Of a stretch of DNA of 64,000 bases, positions 49,601 to 61,900 are shown piece by piece; the stretch's first letter is position 1; every line of letters begins with the position of its first letter. This DNA comes from Psammoneis japonica. Lineage: Eukaryota. A program made the position numbers and the translations under genes. The notes beneath the pieces were generated by a model. The model did no database searches. It saw only the letters and a list, made by a program, of their open reading frames with translations, and was not told the origin of the DNA. The stretch is taken from NCBI GenBank assembly GCA_008632985.1, contig QPGO01000026.1, positions 248,001-312,000 of the forward strand, given 5' to 3'.

Positions 49601-52600
49601 CGAAACCAGTCAAGCAGGTTGCTGCAGTCATTCGAGACAGATTGGTTGCCATGCAGGAGAGGGCAGGTGCTTCTCCGCAAGCTCACAGCATGTCCGTTGA
49701 GGTGAGTGCTTTCATCATGTGAAATTGTGCAAGAAGGTCAATGCCTTGCACAAACTCATCCAATGAGATGCCAAACTGCATGCAAAACATGATCCAGGAT
49801 TGGCGCAGCAGTCGGTGTCTGATGCAGGTGAACTCTTCAAGTTTGTGTGCTTCGGGGTCTTCCAGTGGTGCAAAATTGGAGGGCGCTGAATCAGCAGGGT
49901 TGAATTCAGTGGACTTGGTCTGCAGGCAATCACCCAGCGGATCTAGCAACACAACAAAATCAGTTGGCGTTGCACCATGCTGCAAATCGCACATCTCAGA
50001 AGGTGGGTGTAGCAGCAGATGTTTGATTTGTGCATGAGCTTTGTTGGCTTCTTGAATGGGATCAACGCAGGCAAACCCAGGCTTCTTGGGTTTCAGAGGC
50101 TTGACTCAACATCTTGATTTTAAGAGTTTCCAGGACTTGGATCGGCGACACTGCTTGAAATTGGTCTCTTCAACAGCAGTGTCTGCCAGCATGGGTGCTC
50201 GATGTTTGTGGCGCCAAGTCATTGGACAAAGGAAGGCACAAGCAGGGTCTCTTTGTGGGAATCGAACTGGTCAACGGTCCAAACGATGAACTTGCACGTG
50301 ATGACACAATTTGTGGCACGTCCGATGATGATGAGGATGATGATGTGGGTTGTGTTCCAAAGACGAGGCAACAACAAACCAAGGCATGTCATCATGTGAG
50401 AGTGAAGGATTCTTGGAAAAGAGCAGCAAGCAGAAAAACAATCCACCTGCTAAAACAAAAAGGAGCTGCAAAATGGCAGAGACAGCTGCTTCTCCTCCCT
50501 CTCCAAGAATCTGGAGAGCAAACCACAAGAGGAGGGACTGTGCCACAGTCACACAAGCCTGGATGTCCCTTCCAGGAAAGGTTGTTTTGCTGAATGGCGA
50601 AAAGGGGTGGGCTGCACGCTCAAAGAAGGAGGCACGCCCAAAGCTTCAGGTGAAGGAAGCAAAGAGACCAGCGATGGTCTTGACAACCTCGCGCTTGGCG
50701 TTCGCGACAGCAACTCCGGAAGCAGGGGCCTGTGCAGGTGCAGGAGCAGGTGCAGGAGGTGCTGGGGGCGCAGTGGCAGCACCAGCAACTTGAGCAACAG
50801 GGCGCCAGTGCTTGGTCTTGCAATGACAACAGCGATCTTTACCATCAATGTTGCAGCGACTGTTGTTGTTCTTCTCAGCATCAGTCAGTGGTTGCCATTT
50901 CTTGGGAATGGTCTTGGTTGGCTTGCCATCCTTCCTGGCAGAGGCATTGTGCTTGTTCTGAGCCCGTTTTGTGTCGACAAACAGTTTCTTGTTTGCGCGC
51001 ACTCAAGCATTGTCGACGGGCTGCTTGCAGTTGGAAAGAGGATGAGGGCCACCACAATTGAAGCAGTTGATGCCTCTGGCAACAAATGCAGCAGCATTCT
51101 TCTTAGCAGTCACACCGGACCACTGGTTGGAAGATGCAAGGGCCAGGTGTTGAGCCTCCACGAATTCAAGGAGATCAGGCACGGATGTGGTGCGATGGTC
51201 GGACCACTGGACTTGAGCTTAGAGATTTGAGAGTTCTTGGTGAGGTGGTCAAAAAGGGAATTAAATTCCGGCACGCTGGAGGTCTGGAATGTCTTGGTGA
51301 GGTTTTCCATGAAATCAGAAGGAACAACTGACTTTCCTTTCTGATCCTGGAGGTTCTGAAGTCGAGCACATCCACCATGGATGAGTGAGACGACTTTGCC
51401 AACGTCCTCACCATTGAAATCGGTGATCTTGAGCGAGGTCATGTTGGCAACCAAATGACGAGCAGCCTCCTCGGAGTTGCTCTGCAGGAATTTCATCATG
51501 AGCAAGAAAAAGAGAGGTCCGCCTTGTTCTTCTTGCGGATGCTTGAGGTGTGTCTCATTCACTTTCTTCTGGAGGGCATGAGAGGCATTCCTCTCAAAAT
51601 GGTCACAGGCAAGATGAAGGTTTTGGCTGGCCCAGGTCCCATCAGGGTCCTCAAGCATCGTAGAATGCCACTTGTTGCTCTTTGCAACTTTGGCTTTGGT
51701 GATCGTTGAATGCTCGGTGCAGAGATCACGAGTCTTGAAGGTGTCAGGATCGACAATTTGGAAAATGTCGTCCATGTCGCACTTGATGTGGTTCGACCGC
51801 ATGGTCGAGATGGACATGGCCAGATCACAAGCATCTTCGAGCTTGTCCAGATCGTTGACATTGAAATTCAAGAGGTCGAAACGCGTCTGCAGTTTCGCAG
51901 CAGCTCACTGGAACAAGTCATTGAGCTTGTCCGAGTCCAACTTGTTCCTCTGCTGTTTGGTGCAGAGAGCAGCAAGAGCATCTGTGGACGTTTTGGGAGT
52001 CGTGCGGACTTTAACTTTCCTGCCATTTATCTCCACCTCGGCAGTCATGGTGCTGGCAGGTGCAGTCGGCGGACTGGAAGGTGGAGTCGGCGGACTTGAA
52101 GGCAGCAGAGGTGCACTCAAGGAGAGGCTGGCCATGCGAGTCACTCAAGGAAATGCAGGTTCTTTGGATGACGGCCAGCAGTTTGACTGTCATCTGTCCA
52201 AAAGTGAACCCGTTGTTCAGTTGTGCAGGTGACAGTGGCCTGACGGTCTCGAATGGTTGCTGTGCGACGAAAGTTTCGAACTTCGTTCGTCATCACAATG
52301 CAAACGCCGACACGAAAATCTGCGACAGTCAGTTCTCTGTTGATGATGGGCCGAGATGGTCCGGCTCCAGCTCTGTCACGGTTCTGTCATTCGCGTTCAG
52401 ATGCAATGCGACAAACTGGGTCAGCCTCTTGTAGTTGAAGCGCTTGCAGTTGTGCAATGAGGTCGTCAAGTGTCTCAGAACTGCAATTGGACATCAACGT
52501 TCTGCACACAGAATTGTGCGTAAAAATGCACTGAGCTCAATTCTCGTCCACCAGAGAGAAAAGAGATGAGGCGCAGGAGTTGTCAAGTGTGACACTTGGG

Positions 52601-52845
52601 CTCCTAACCTGCGACAACTCTCATCTGAGAGTTGGGAGATGTCGACAGAAGGTTGAGCAGCAACTGCATTGTTGGCAGCAGGACCAACAACAGTGACAGA
52701 ATTGACAAAGCTGCCAATGTCTTGTTGCACTAGATGTTGCAATTGCGAGCAGAAAAAGGGGAGAAGTTCTCCAAAAGAAGGGCGGGAAACTGCACGCGCA
52801 AGCAAAGAGCGCGTGAATCGCGCATGAGTTTGCACTGTGTTGACA

Positions 52846-53276
52846 ACACCAAAACACTTGTGCATGACAACAAGGACATTGGGCCGGCAGGAAAAGAGGG
52901 AGATTTCAGGTTGCACTGACAGAAGAGATTCAAGACCAAGTGGCTTGACAGTGTCCTTTATGGTGTTCTTCATGCAGTCTTGAACTTCTGTTTCATTCTG
53001 ATGCACCAGTGATGGCCGACCGTTGAGATCTGCAAGAAGATGTGAGGGCCTTGTGTTTCTGCAATTGGTGCAGACATGGCGTTTCGCAAGCAGCTCCTTG
53101 ATGTCAGCAGCCTCCCCTGTTAGGATGGCAGCATCGTCATGACCTGTGTCTTCCATGTGAGCTGAGCTCTGCAAGCCTGCGTTGTCGAGCAACAACTCTG
53201 GGGAACAACTGCGTTGCAGTTTTGCATGAGATGCGACATCGTGGTGTCTTCCTCTTCTCCTTCTTCTCTCCCCCAC
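52846..53276 (-). pseudogene. CRN-like gene, 5' half upstream of the Copia-2 insertion
   Basis: NETEVQ..EISLFSCRPNVLVV..FG joins GCIVPVVKVKKPG across the element, giving an (R)PD..ExK-like nuclease motif. Confidence 0.6.
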
Positions 53277-56200
53277 TTGAACGACATTGTTGCAGCTCTT
53301 TTTGTCTTTAATGGCAAGTGCGACTCATGCAGCATGCAGCAACAGCAGCTGTCAACCAATGTCAACACACAAAAAAAACACACACAGACCATTTTCATGG
53401 AAGATGGCCAGACGAAATGGGACTCGCGAAAGCAAGCACATGCAAGCGAGCAAGATTTTCCCGCCCAAGCCACATGCAATTTAGAGTCTCCTGCCGCCCC
53501 CCGACACATTCCAAGCAAGTCATGCAAACATGTCATGTGCTCTTTATGTGCAAAAGACAAGTTCTAGCCACTGATGTGTCATCTTGGCCTGTTCATTGAG
53601 TTCCGATGTGTCCCTTCCTTTCTGCACAATTTCTGCGTAAAATTGGCACTGCGATTTCCCACCTCACGAGAAAACGCCATGCTCATGAAGAATGAAGAAC
53701 AGTGTTCAATGACACTCATTGAAAGGAAATTGCTTGTTGAAAGGAAATTGCTTTTCCAGAATTTTGCTTGATGGCAGATGGCTTCGGCAAATGTGCTTTG
53801 CGACTTTGCAATGTCTGATTGTCGCTCGCCATCAAGTGTTGAATTGCTGCAGGAGAAGCACGGTGGAAATCTTCTACACATGCATCCCATTTTTCAGATT
53901 TTCAATCTGTCATCTTCTGTGCAAAATGATCCATCTGTGTTGATTTCAGAATCTGCAAGAAAGTTTCAGGGGCCGAATAAAATCCAACATTTTTGAATGG
54001 AAAGCAAGTCTGGAATCTGGATCCCATCTGTCTTTCCCCCTCCATGGAACAAATCTGCACACAAGCTCACAGCTTTTCACACCAACCCCAGCAGCCTTCT
54101 GCATCACACACCAGAATTTTTAAAATTTGTTTGCTCAGTCAGTGATGTGTCATTGTGAGTTGACAACCACCGATTTTTTGCTCGCGACACCACCACGATG
54201 ACAGGTTCTGTCCAACGAGTTTGGGGCCACCCGGAATGGTGGTCACCAAGCCATTTGGGTGCAGCCACATCAATGAGGCACTTGCGGACCATGTGTGTCT
54301 CATTGGCTTGGCAATTCTTTGTGGTTGACAAATGAATGATGGCAAAGGATTCAGGTGTTGTTTTGTCATGCTTTGGAGTGAAGAGCCAGATCAGTCGAGT
54401 CAGCCCCTGCAGAAAGGAGCCTGTGCAGGCCTGCTCTGAGCCACAAGCACATGTGGCAAGCTTGTGGGATGTACGTTGACCATGCTGGGCCCACTTTTGC
54501 CACACCTGGCCCATCCTGCAGAAGGGTTCTTCATCAAAGTTTGCATCAATTTGCCGATTTCCAGCAAAAACTGACCCCAGTTTTAGCCGAGTCATTGAAA
54601 ATCTGTGCTTTTTGAAAATCAGCAACTGTTTCTGCAGACTCCTTGACAATCTGCAGTGAATCTGAACCCCAAACCTGTGCCACAGATTTTCCACAACAAT
54701 CGGGGTGCTTGTTGCAGCATCAACAGCCAAAACGTGCCACTCCACTGCACCATCGGGCATTTTGCTGGAACCACATGAAAGGCATGTGTGAAACAATCTC
54801 AGAAGATCCATTGATGCCATTGATTGATGTCATGTGATTCACATTTTGAATCATGCTTGATCAAAATGCTGCCATTTGCTGACTCATGTTTCAGCAAATT
54901 TTGATGAAACATGATGTTTTGGCAAAATCTGCTGAAACACAAGTCCTGTTTGAGCAATTTGAGCTGTGGTGGTGTTTTGTTGCACGCTCGTGCATGAAAC
55001 AACCAACAAACACACAAGACACAAATCGCGTGCTTGGGATTGCCATTGCTGGCCATCACCCGTCACCCATCAAAACAGTGTTAAAAGTTCTCATGCCATC
55101 AATGCCAATTGGAAACAGCCCTTTTTAAGACGTTTTAAACACCACATTTGGTGTTGAGCCCAAAATTGAACCCACCACATTTGGTTTTGCAACTCACTTT
55201 TAAGCTGCCCATGAATCAAAACAAGTGCAAGATTTTTTGTGGGCAACATCACTCCCTCCAAGAAGTGGCACAGCAAGTTGCAGCCACAATTGTTGTCATC
55301 ATTCTCACCACTTTTGACTCAGCAGCAACTGCATTTCCATGCACCATCATGTCTGACTGCTGCAACAAAGAAAACATTGCTGATGCCATTGGAGCTGGTG
55401 TGTGTCCTCATTGTGATGCATTCCCTGTCACAGATGACACAACATTCTCCAGCTGCTGCAGCAGAGACTGTCAGCAGAGGCTGTCATTTCAGTCAATCAT
55501 GGAGAGCATTGGATCAGCAAACTCAACCATTTTGTCATGTTGCCATTGTCAAAACCAATGGTGAAACTTTCTGCACCATGCAGCACTTGAGCATGTCAAG
55601 AAACCCCATTTTGACACAGTTCATCAACACAAACTCAATGCCACTGTGCCCACTGCACAGAATCCACCTGCAAAACTCTGGGATTGCAGGTGTGACACTC
55701 AAATCAACAAGCCATGAAACTTGACTGCAACATCAATGTTTTCAAATCTTGTTGCTGGCGTTGTGGTTGCTGGCTTGGCAGTGGCCAGCTGGGTGGTGTT
55801 TTGTTGCATCAATGGCATTGCTTCCTGTGACTTTTTTTGGAGTGTTGTTGTCATTCAGAAGCATGCAGAAATCAATTCCTTGACTTTTTTGCCGGCAGAA
55901 GTTGGCAGCAATTTCTTGAAAATCTCTCTGGAAAGCACAGGGTGAGTGTGGGGCATCAAAACACAAATCAGCAACGTCCATCTGTTGTCTGTGTGTCCCA
56001 AGAGGAGAGGGAGGTTCTTGGAGGGAACATTCTGCTGCTTCTGGCAATGCAGCAGGATCCATCATGGTGGAAGCAGTTTTGCCAGAAAAAGTTGTGTGAA
56101 AATGCTGCACTTTAGAGAGGCACTGATCAATGACAAAAGGTCACTTGAAGATGATCAAAGAGTGGAAGTGCATTGTTTCAAGTGTGGAAAATTCATTTGC

Positions 56201-57899
56201 TTCAAACTTGTGTTGACAGAGACAATCGCTGAATGGAAAATTGAAACACCATGTGTGGTGTTTCAATTTGTTGAAACACCTTTCCAATTGGCATTGAGAC
56301 ATCACATGCAAACAACTTCACCGACAAGTTGCCATGGCACACATCACATCAGAGCTCTTTGCAACAGCATTTTAAAAGCTTTTTCAATCATGGCCATTGA
56401 AGTGAAACTCTTGGGATGTGCAGTTTTTTGTTGCCAATTGTGACATTCCCACAAATGAGCTGACAATTTTTCAAGAAAAATGTGCTTTGAGACATGTTTC
56501 AATCATTGGCAATGAACCAGACAAAGTCATCATTTCCCTGACAATGCTGTGTCTCTGTCACAAATGTCATGTCACAACAAATTTTGTCACATGAATTTTT
56601 GTTTGTGACAAATGTCGCCAAATTTTACAAATTGCCCCATCTGTTCAAATGATGACATTGCCAAAGTGCACATGTGCTTGAGTGATGAACAAACAATTTG
56701 TTGCTGAGCTGAACAATGGCTTTGTCCAGTTTGTCACCAATGATTGCATTTTGTCTCAATTGCATCATTTCCTGGCATGTTGTCAATCCATTTGGGAAAA
56801 TGTGCCAAGCGCGACAAATTGCCCTGTGTCCCAGATGGCACAATGAGATTGACTGCAATGGTGACCCATTTTTTGTCCCATGATGCAACAATCAACCACA
56901 CCATTTGATCCCCAGTGTTTCATCCAGTCTGTGGCACAGAAATTGGTTCAATGTGTTGCACTTGTGATGGGTTGTGGTTTCATTTTGTGCTTGAGCTGTT
57001 GAAAATGTCATTGCATGTGATTGTTGGCCATGCGCGCCAACTTTGAACCACAAATCACCAAACAAACAACACCATTGAGTCCATCTTTTTTTGCCAGCCA
57101 GTTTTGCTGCTGTTTTAATGAGCAGAACCTTTGCTGCAGTGGCCTCATGCACCATGCAACTTGCTCCTTCTCAAAGGACATCATGAACCAATTTTTTCTA
57201 CACAACAAACACACAGTCTTTTTGCATCATGTGTTGCATTGCATTGTCATGCAACAGTCCACACACAGGACAAATGGGGTCCATGCCATTGACAAATGAA
57301 ACTTGTGCAATGTTGCATTTTGGGTGAGAGGCTTTGAAAATCATGTGTGGGTGCACCATGGTGGCCTCACAACCTCCAGAAAACAAAAAGGAAAGCACAA
57401 GAACACAAATGGCAAGGAGCAGGGCAAGCTTTCAAGACAAAATCAAAATTCGATTTTGGTTTTGACAAAAATGATGTGAGTGTGGTGCAGCAGGACCAGC
57501 GCCAGTGTCCTGCTGTGGATGTTTTGCATGTTTGAGCAATTGCTCAAACTTGTGCAAGTTTGAGCAATCTCACAAGCATGAGAGATTGCTCAAACTCAGC
57601 AAACTTGAGAGCAAATGGGGGTGCAAGTTTGAGAAACTGCTCAAACTTTCAGTGGTGAAAGCCAAGACTGAAACTCTCAGTCGTGAATGTCAAATGTCAA
57701 TTGTTGTGGTGTTCACTCTTGATGTCCATTGCAGCTGCACACTCATGCATTTTTGAGCATTTTTCCCATGTGGTGCTGGCTGCAAACAACATCAGAAACT
57801 GTTGGTGGAAGGATGGACCATGCCATGGTTGAATGAGCCAGCAGCTTTCACAGTCAGCAAACTGACAAATGCAGCAACCACAAATGACTTGATTGGGCA

Positions 57900-58600
57900 G
57901 AAAGATGTTTGGCATGAGCACAGAACTTCAGCCTCATGGTGGGACCCAGAGCTTGTTAAATGACCTGACAACCCACTGAGCACAATGCACAATGCTCCAC
58001 TTCAAGACAAACCACAAATGCAACCTCAACTGAAACAATGACAACAATGACCTCACTGTGTTTGTTGCAGTTGTCACCAAACCCAAATCTGAATTTGGGC
58101 TCAACACCCACATTTGCAGCAATGGGAAACAATGCAGTGCAATGATCAACAAATGCACCGTGATTGGCCGGATGCGCCACACCCCTCAACCCCATGTCCC
58201 AGTTTTTTTTGTGTAAAAATTGAGACCTTTCTAACATGCCCAAACAAAGAGATGAAGATTTCAGGCATGGAAGCACTGAGAACATTCTTGGAAGAAGTCA
58301 ACTCTACAGGCTTCTGATGCGCATGAATCACATCAGCAATCTGATTGTTTTTGTTGTCAAGAATCTGAACATCCTTCTGATGGGCAAACAGAATCTGACT
58401 CCTTGACAGTTGAAGGTGAAAAGCAGCAAGGGTCATGGGCTTGAAAGTTGCTGCTGAGCCACAAACGTCAAATGAAGAGTGATCTCTTGACATTGTTGTT
58501 CTTTTGGCTTGAAAAAATGTCAAGGGAAGCTTGATCCACTGTGGCATCAGCAGCATCGTCAGCAGCATGGCTGCTGTCAGCAATGGAAGAAGATGTTTTG
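57900..58600 (-). mobile_element. ORF1 fragment of a LINE related to 37576-46938
   Basis: FDVCG..FKPMTLAAFHLQL..QILFAHQKDVQILDNKNNQI versus FDIRG..CKPMTLTTAHLQV..QILFACQSDARIFDNHNNRI. Confidence 0.75.
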
Positions 58601-59849
58601 ATGGGTCAGAAGTTCTGCAGAGGGCCTGGCATTGAAAACACATGCAGGCAGGCAAGTCAACAGACAGGTGCAAGAAATTGGGAAAACAGATGCAGGAGCA
58701 GAGATTGAGCAAGGACGCAGCCAACTGCAATGAAGTTTGGTTGAAGCAATTCTGCGATCACATGGACAGCAAAGAAGAAACCCAAGAAGAAGATGGTGAT
58801 CAGCCACAGAAGGAGAAAGATGCCAAGGAAGACATTGAAAACCTGAATTTGTGGCTTGTGGAAATGCAGCAACAGGCAGCTTTTTAATTTGCATTTGGCA
58901 ATGATTGCCAAAACAAAAAAAGAAAGCAGAAAAAACCATGGACAGGTGGAAAGGAACAGACAACAGATGCATCAATGGAGCACACAGGAAAAATGCAACC
59001 GCGTCAGAATTGTTCATGCACTGGTGCATGATGGAGCCAAGTCATTGGCCTGCATTGCAAATGAAGCAAGACAGTGTGACTGCCCTCATTGAATGTGGTG
59101 GAACCCCAAATGCAATGAACCCAAGACCTGCATGGAAAATGAGAGACAGACCAACATTGTTCAATTGAGCCTGACTCAAATCATTCTCCCCTCAGAGATG
59201 CAATGTGCAAAATGGGGGGTGAGGCACCAAGACTTTGTTTGGATGATGGAAGTTTGTGGCCCAGTTGAGATGTGATCATTGGAACAAATCCACTCATCAA
59301 ATTGTGGTTTTTCTCCACAGAATGGAGGTGATCACTGCCTGTGCCTCAGATGACAGTGCAGAAGGAGACAGCAACTTTGGTGGATGAAGGATGGGCACCA
59401 AATTAAAGTCTTCAAAGCCCCCCAGCCTGGCTGCAAGCTTCTGCCACCAAGAAGCTCATGTGTTGCAAGACAGAGCTCTTGTTGCCCCTGAAACCTGCAA
59501 GCAAGCTCAAGGCAGTTGTTGCTGCTGCTCATCTAAATTTGATCCCTGGGTCTGCTTGAGAACACAAGCTCCCACTTTGTGCTGTTTCTTGGGGGCCATG
59601 CAGCAAAGCCTTTCTTTTAGAGAATGACCCCCCCCCCCCCCTGCCACATGATGTGCCCATCCTGCCAATGCAGCCACAAATCACAGCCATTGCCTGAAGC
59701 TGATGGAGGTGGCAAAGTTGGTGCCTGCGATGGAGGGCCATCACAGCAGGGTGTTTAATCAACAACCCCCAGTGCTGAAGCTGCTGCCACTTTGTCTGCA
59801 ACAGCAGCATGACATGGTGAAAAAAGAACACTGCAAAAAAATGACAAAC

Positions 59850-60330
59850 TGAGAAATCCTCACCTGCAACCTGGGATGCTCTGAATGCCAGAGCATTGAA
59901 AACATGCAAGCCCTGATTGACAGTCTCTGTCATTGTCAAAGTCACACCAGCATTGCCTCAGTGGAGCTGTGCCAAGGGGAGCCTGTTGCATTGCCCCACA
60001 GTGCATGAAAGCAGAGCATAGACATGGAGAACAGGGCCAGACACAGCACTGGGTTGGGTGTTGGGGGCATGTTGTCAGGGTCACAACAGAGTGTTGTCAT
60101 TTCTGTTGACACCTTTGCCACTTTGTTTGTGATGGCAGCAGCACAAAATTGCACTTGCAACAGAAATTTCATGGCAAGAAACCACTGTTGAGAAAAGGAT
60201 GACAACAAAAACAAGGGAGCTCCACCTGCAACCCAGGACACTTTGAGTGCCAGAGTGTTAAAAACGCTTGAGCTCTGCTCAACAATTGGAGTGGTTGTCT
60301 CACTGCACACAACACGAAGGTTAAAAGGTG
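59850..60330 (-). pseudogene. Frustulin-like acidic Cys-rich repeat pseudogene
   Basis: PLRQCWCDFDNDRDCQSGLACFQCSGIQSIPGC resembles the frustulin CEGDCD..DC..GL.CFQR....VPGC repeat. A second decayed copy lies at ~60225-60305. Confidence 0.6.
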
Positions 60331-61784
60331 GCAAGATGAAGAACTCAAATGTGCAGAAACAACAAAATGGATGATTGATGCCCCATGACACCACTGGCAT
60401 CTCCCTCACAGCATCCCAGCAAAAATGCAGAGAGAGGCTTTGCAGGTCATGTTGGGTCAAGGGCAGCCAAATGTGTGCTGGACTCAGTGTCTCCCAGCTT
60501 GCTGGGTCTGATGTTGCCAGCAGCCAGCAAATCCTTTGTCGACACAGGAGGTGTGTTGTCAGGCATTGCAAGAGCTGATCTCAGTGCAGTTGACAACACT
60601 GGATTTGGTGCAGATTGGGGTGGGCATGATCGGTGGTGAAATGCAGTTGCCATGACAACAGCTGGCATCTTGCACACTTTGCTGCTGTTGACAAGGGATG
60701 CAAAGATTTTTGTTTGGTGGAAAACAGCATTTTGAGAGAAGGAAGCATGCATGCATGCATGCATGGAGTGGGTGAAGAGGAGATCAGTCAATCCTTGTGA
60801 TCAAGCAATTCTCACCTGTGGCTTGGGGCTGGCTCTTGCCCATTCCGTTTGGAGTGCTTCAGTCCAGAATGGCAGCCATTGTGTGTGACGATGCAGCCAG
60901 AGAAACACAAGATTTGGAAAACACTCAAGAATGAGCTGCAACAACAACAGAGCTTGCCACTCTCTCTGACAGTGACCAAGAGGAAAAGAAGCAAACAGTG
61001 ACCTGTTGTGAGCAGTGTGTGCAAGTGAAGTCAAGTGCCTGCCAGTGAATGCAGATGAGGCCACAGCCAGTCAGAACAAGTCCCGGGATTGTCATCTCAA
61101 GCTCTGAGCTCTTGAGCCAAATGTGTTGAAGCTCATGACTGTGGCTGCATGGCACAATCAGAAACAAGACTTTGCTCTGGGCCAGTGATGTTGGAAACAT
61201 CTTTTTTGTTTTGGGTTGTCGAAGCTGTTGTGTCATCATACAAAAACAATCCAAAAACACAACTGAGCATCTGTGATTCACGGTTTATGTGTTCAAGAAA
61301 ACTGAATGTCATCTTTCTTACTTGCATGCCAAGCAGCTGCCACAGAGGAGCAAGGAGAATGACAATCAAAGATGGATTTGAACACATCGAATGTGTCGTA
61401 TCTCAGGATCTTTGTGAGAACCCCGATGAAGCTCGTGAAACTTCCTTGGGTCCTACAAGCACTTGCTATAAAGTCGCATCTTCTTCCTTGCAGATGCCAA
61501 GCATTGCGCTGTCGCTTAAAGATTACACATCCATTTGTTTTGACCAATCCCTCCATTCGATGTCTTCTTCTTGTGCTACGAGTTCAGTGCCAACTTAGCT
61601 ATTGTACGTTTTTGGATCAATATCTGCCTTAAACCTGATGCTGATCCTTCTATGAAATATACAAGAATTGCTATTTTGCATTTACAACAAACAAAACTCA
61701 GTGCCAAACTGGAAGGGTGAAAAGCTTGACTGCACCCGGCGCAAATTATACCAGAAACACCTTGCGACAATCAGAACCTCTCCA

Positions 61785-61852
61785 CCTCTCCTGCATCAGG
61801 CGTGCATCTTCTATTCGTAGAGAGAGATCAACACACCGTCATTCCTAGGCTC
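61785..61852 (-). promoter_or_regulatory. SECIS element in the GPx 3' UTR
   Basis: AUGAC-GGUGUGU..AUCU..UCUA(CGAA)UAGA-AGAU-GCACGCC-UGAU: non-Watson-Crick core quartet plus ~11-bp helix II. Confidence 0.75.
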
Positions 61853-61900
61853 ATCATTTCATTTGTTGCTGTCAAAAGAGCTTCCTCCTCTACACCATTT

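Larger units (their letters stand above)
35879..52845 (-). mobile_element. Hypermutated Ty1/Copia (CoDi-like) element carrying a nested LINE
   Basis: 236-bp LTRs 35879-36114 and 52610-52845, PBS-like GGTTAGGAGCCC, PPT GAGAGGGAG. Gag ~50650-52100, protease VLDAG, integrase (HHQNGIAERSI), RT (FAPVVNW, CLVHVDD), RNase H (ALSTMEAE, DILTKGL). Confidence 0.93.
53300..61400. repeat. Heavily mutated block of TE remnants and pseudogenes
   Basis: TpA and CpG nearly absent. Composition returns to normal gradually over ~61400-61650. Confidence 0.7.

Noticed and set aside
20179..61400. Hundreds of short overlapping ORFs as real genes
   Set aside because: They are Tyr-free, Cys/His-rich and TGA-terminated, which follows from TpA loss removing TAA/TAG stops.
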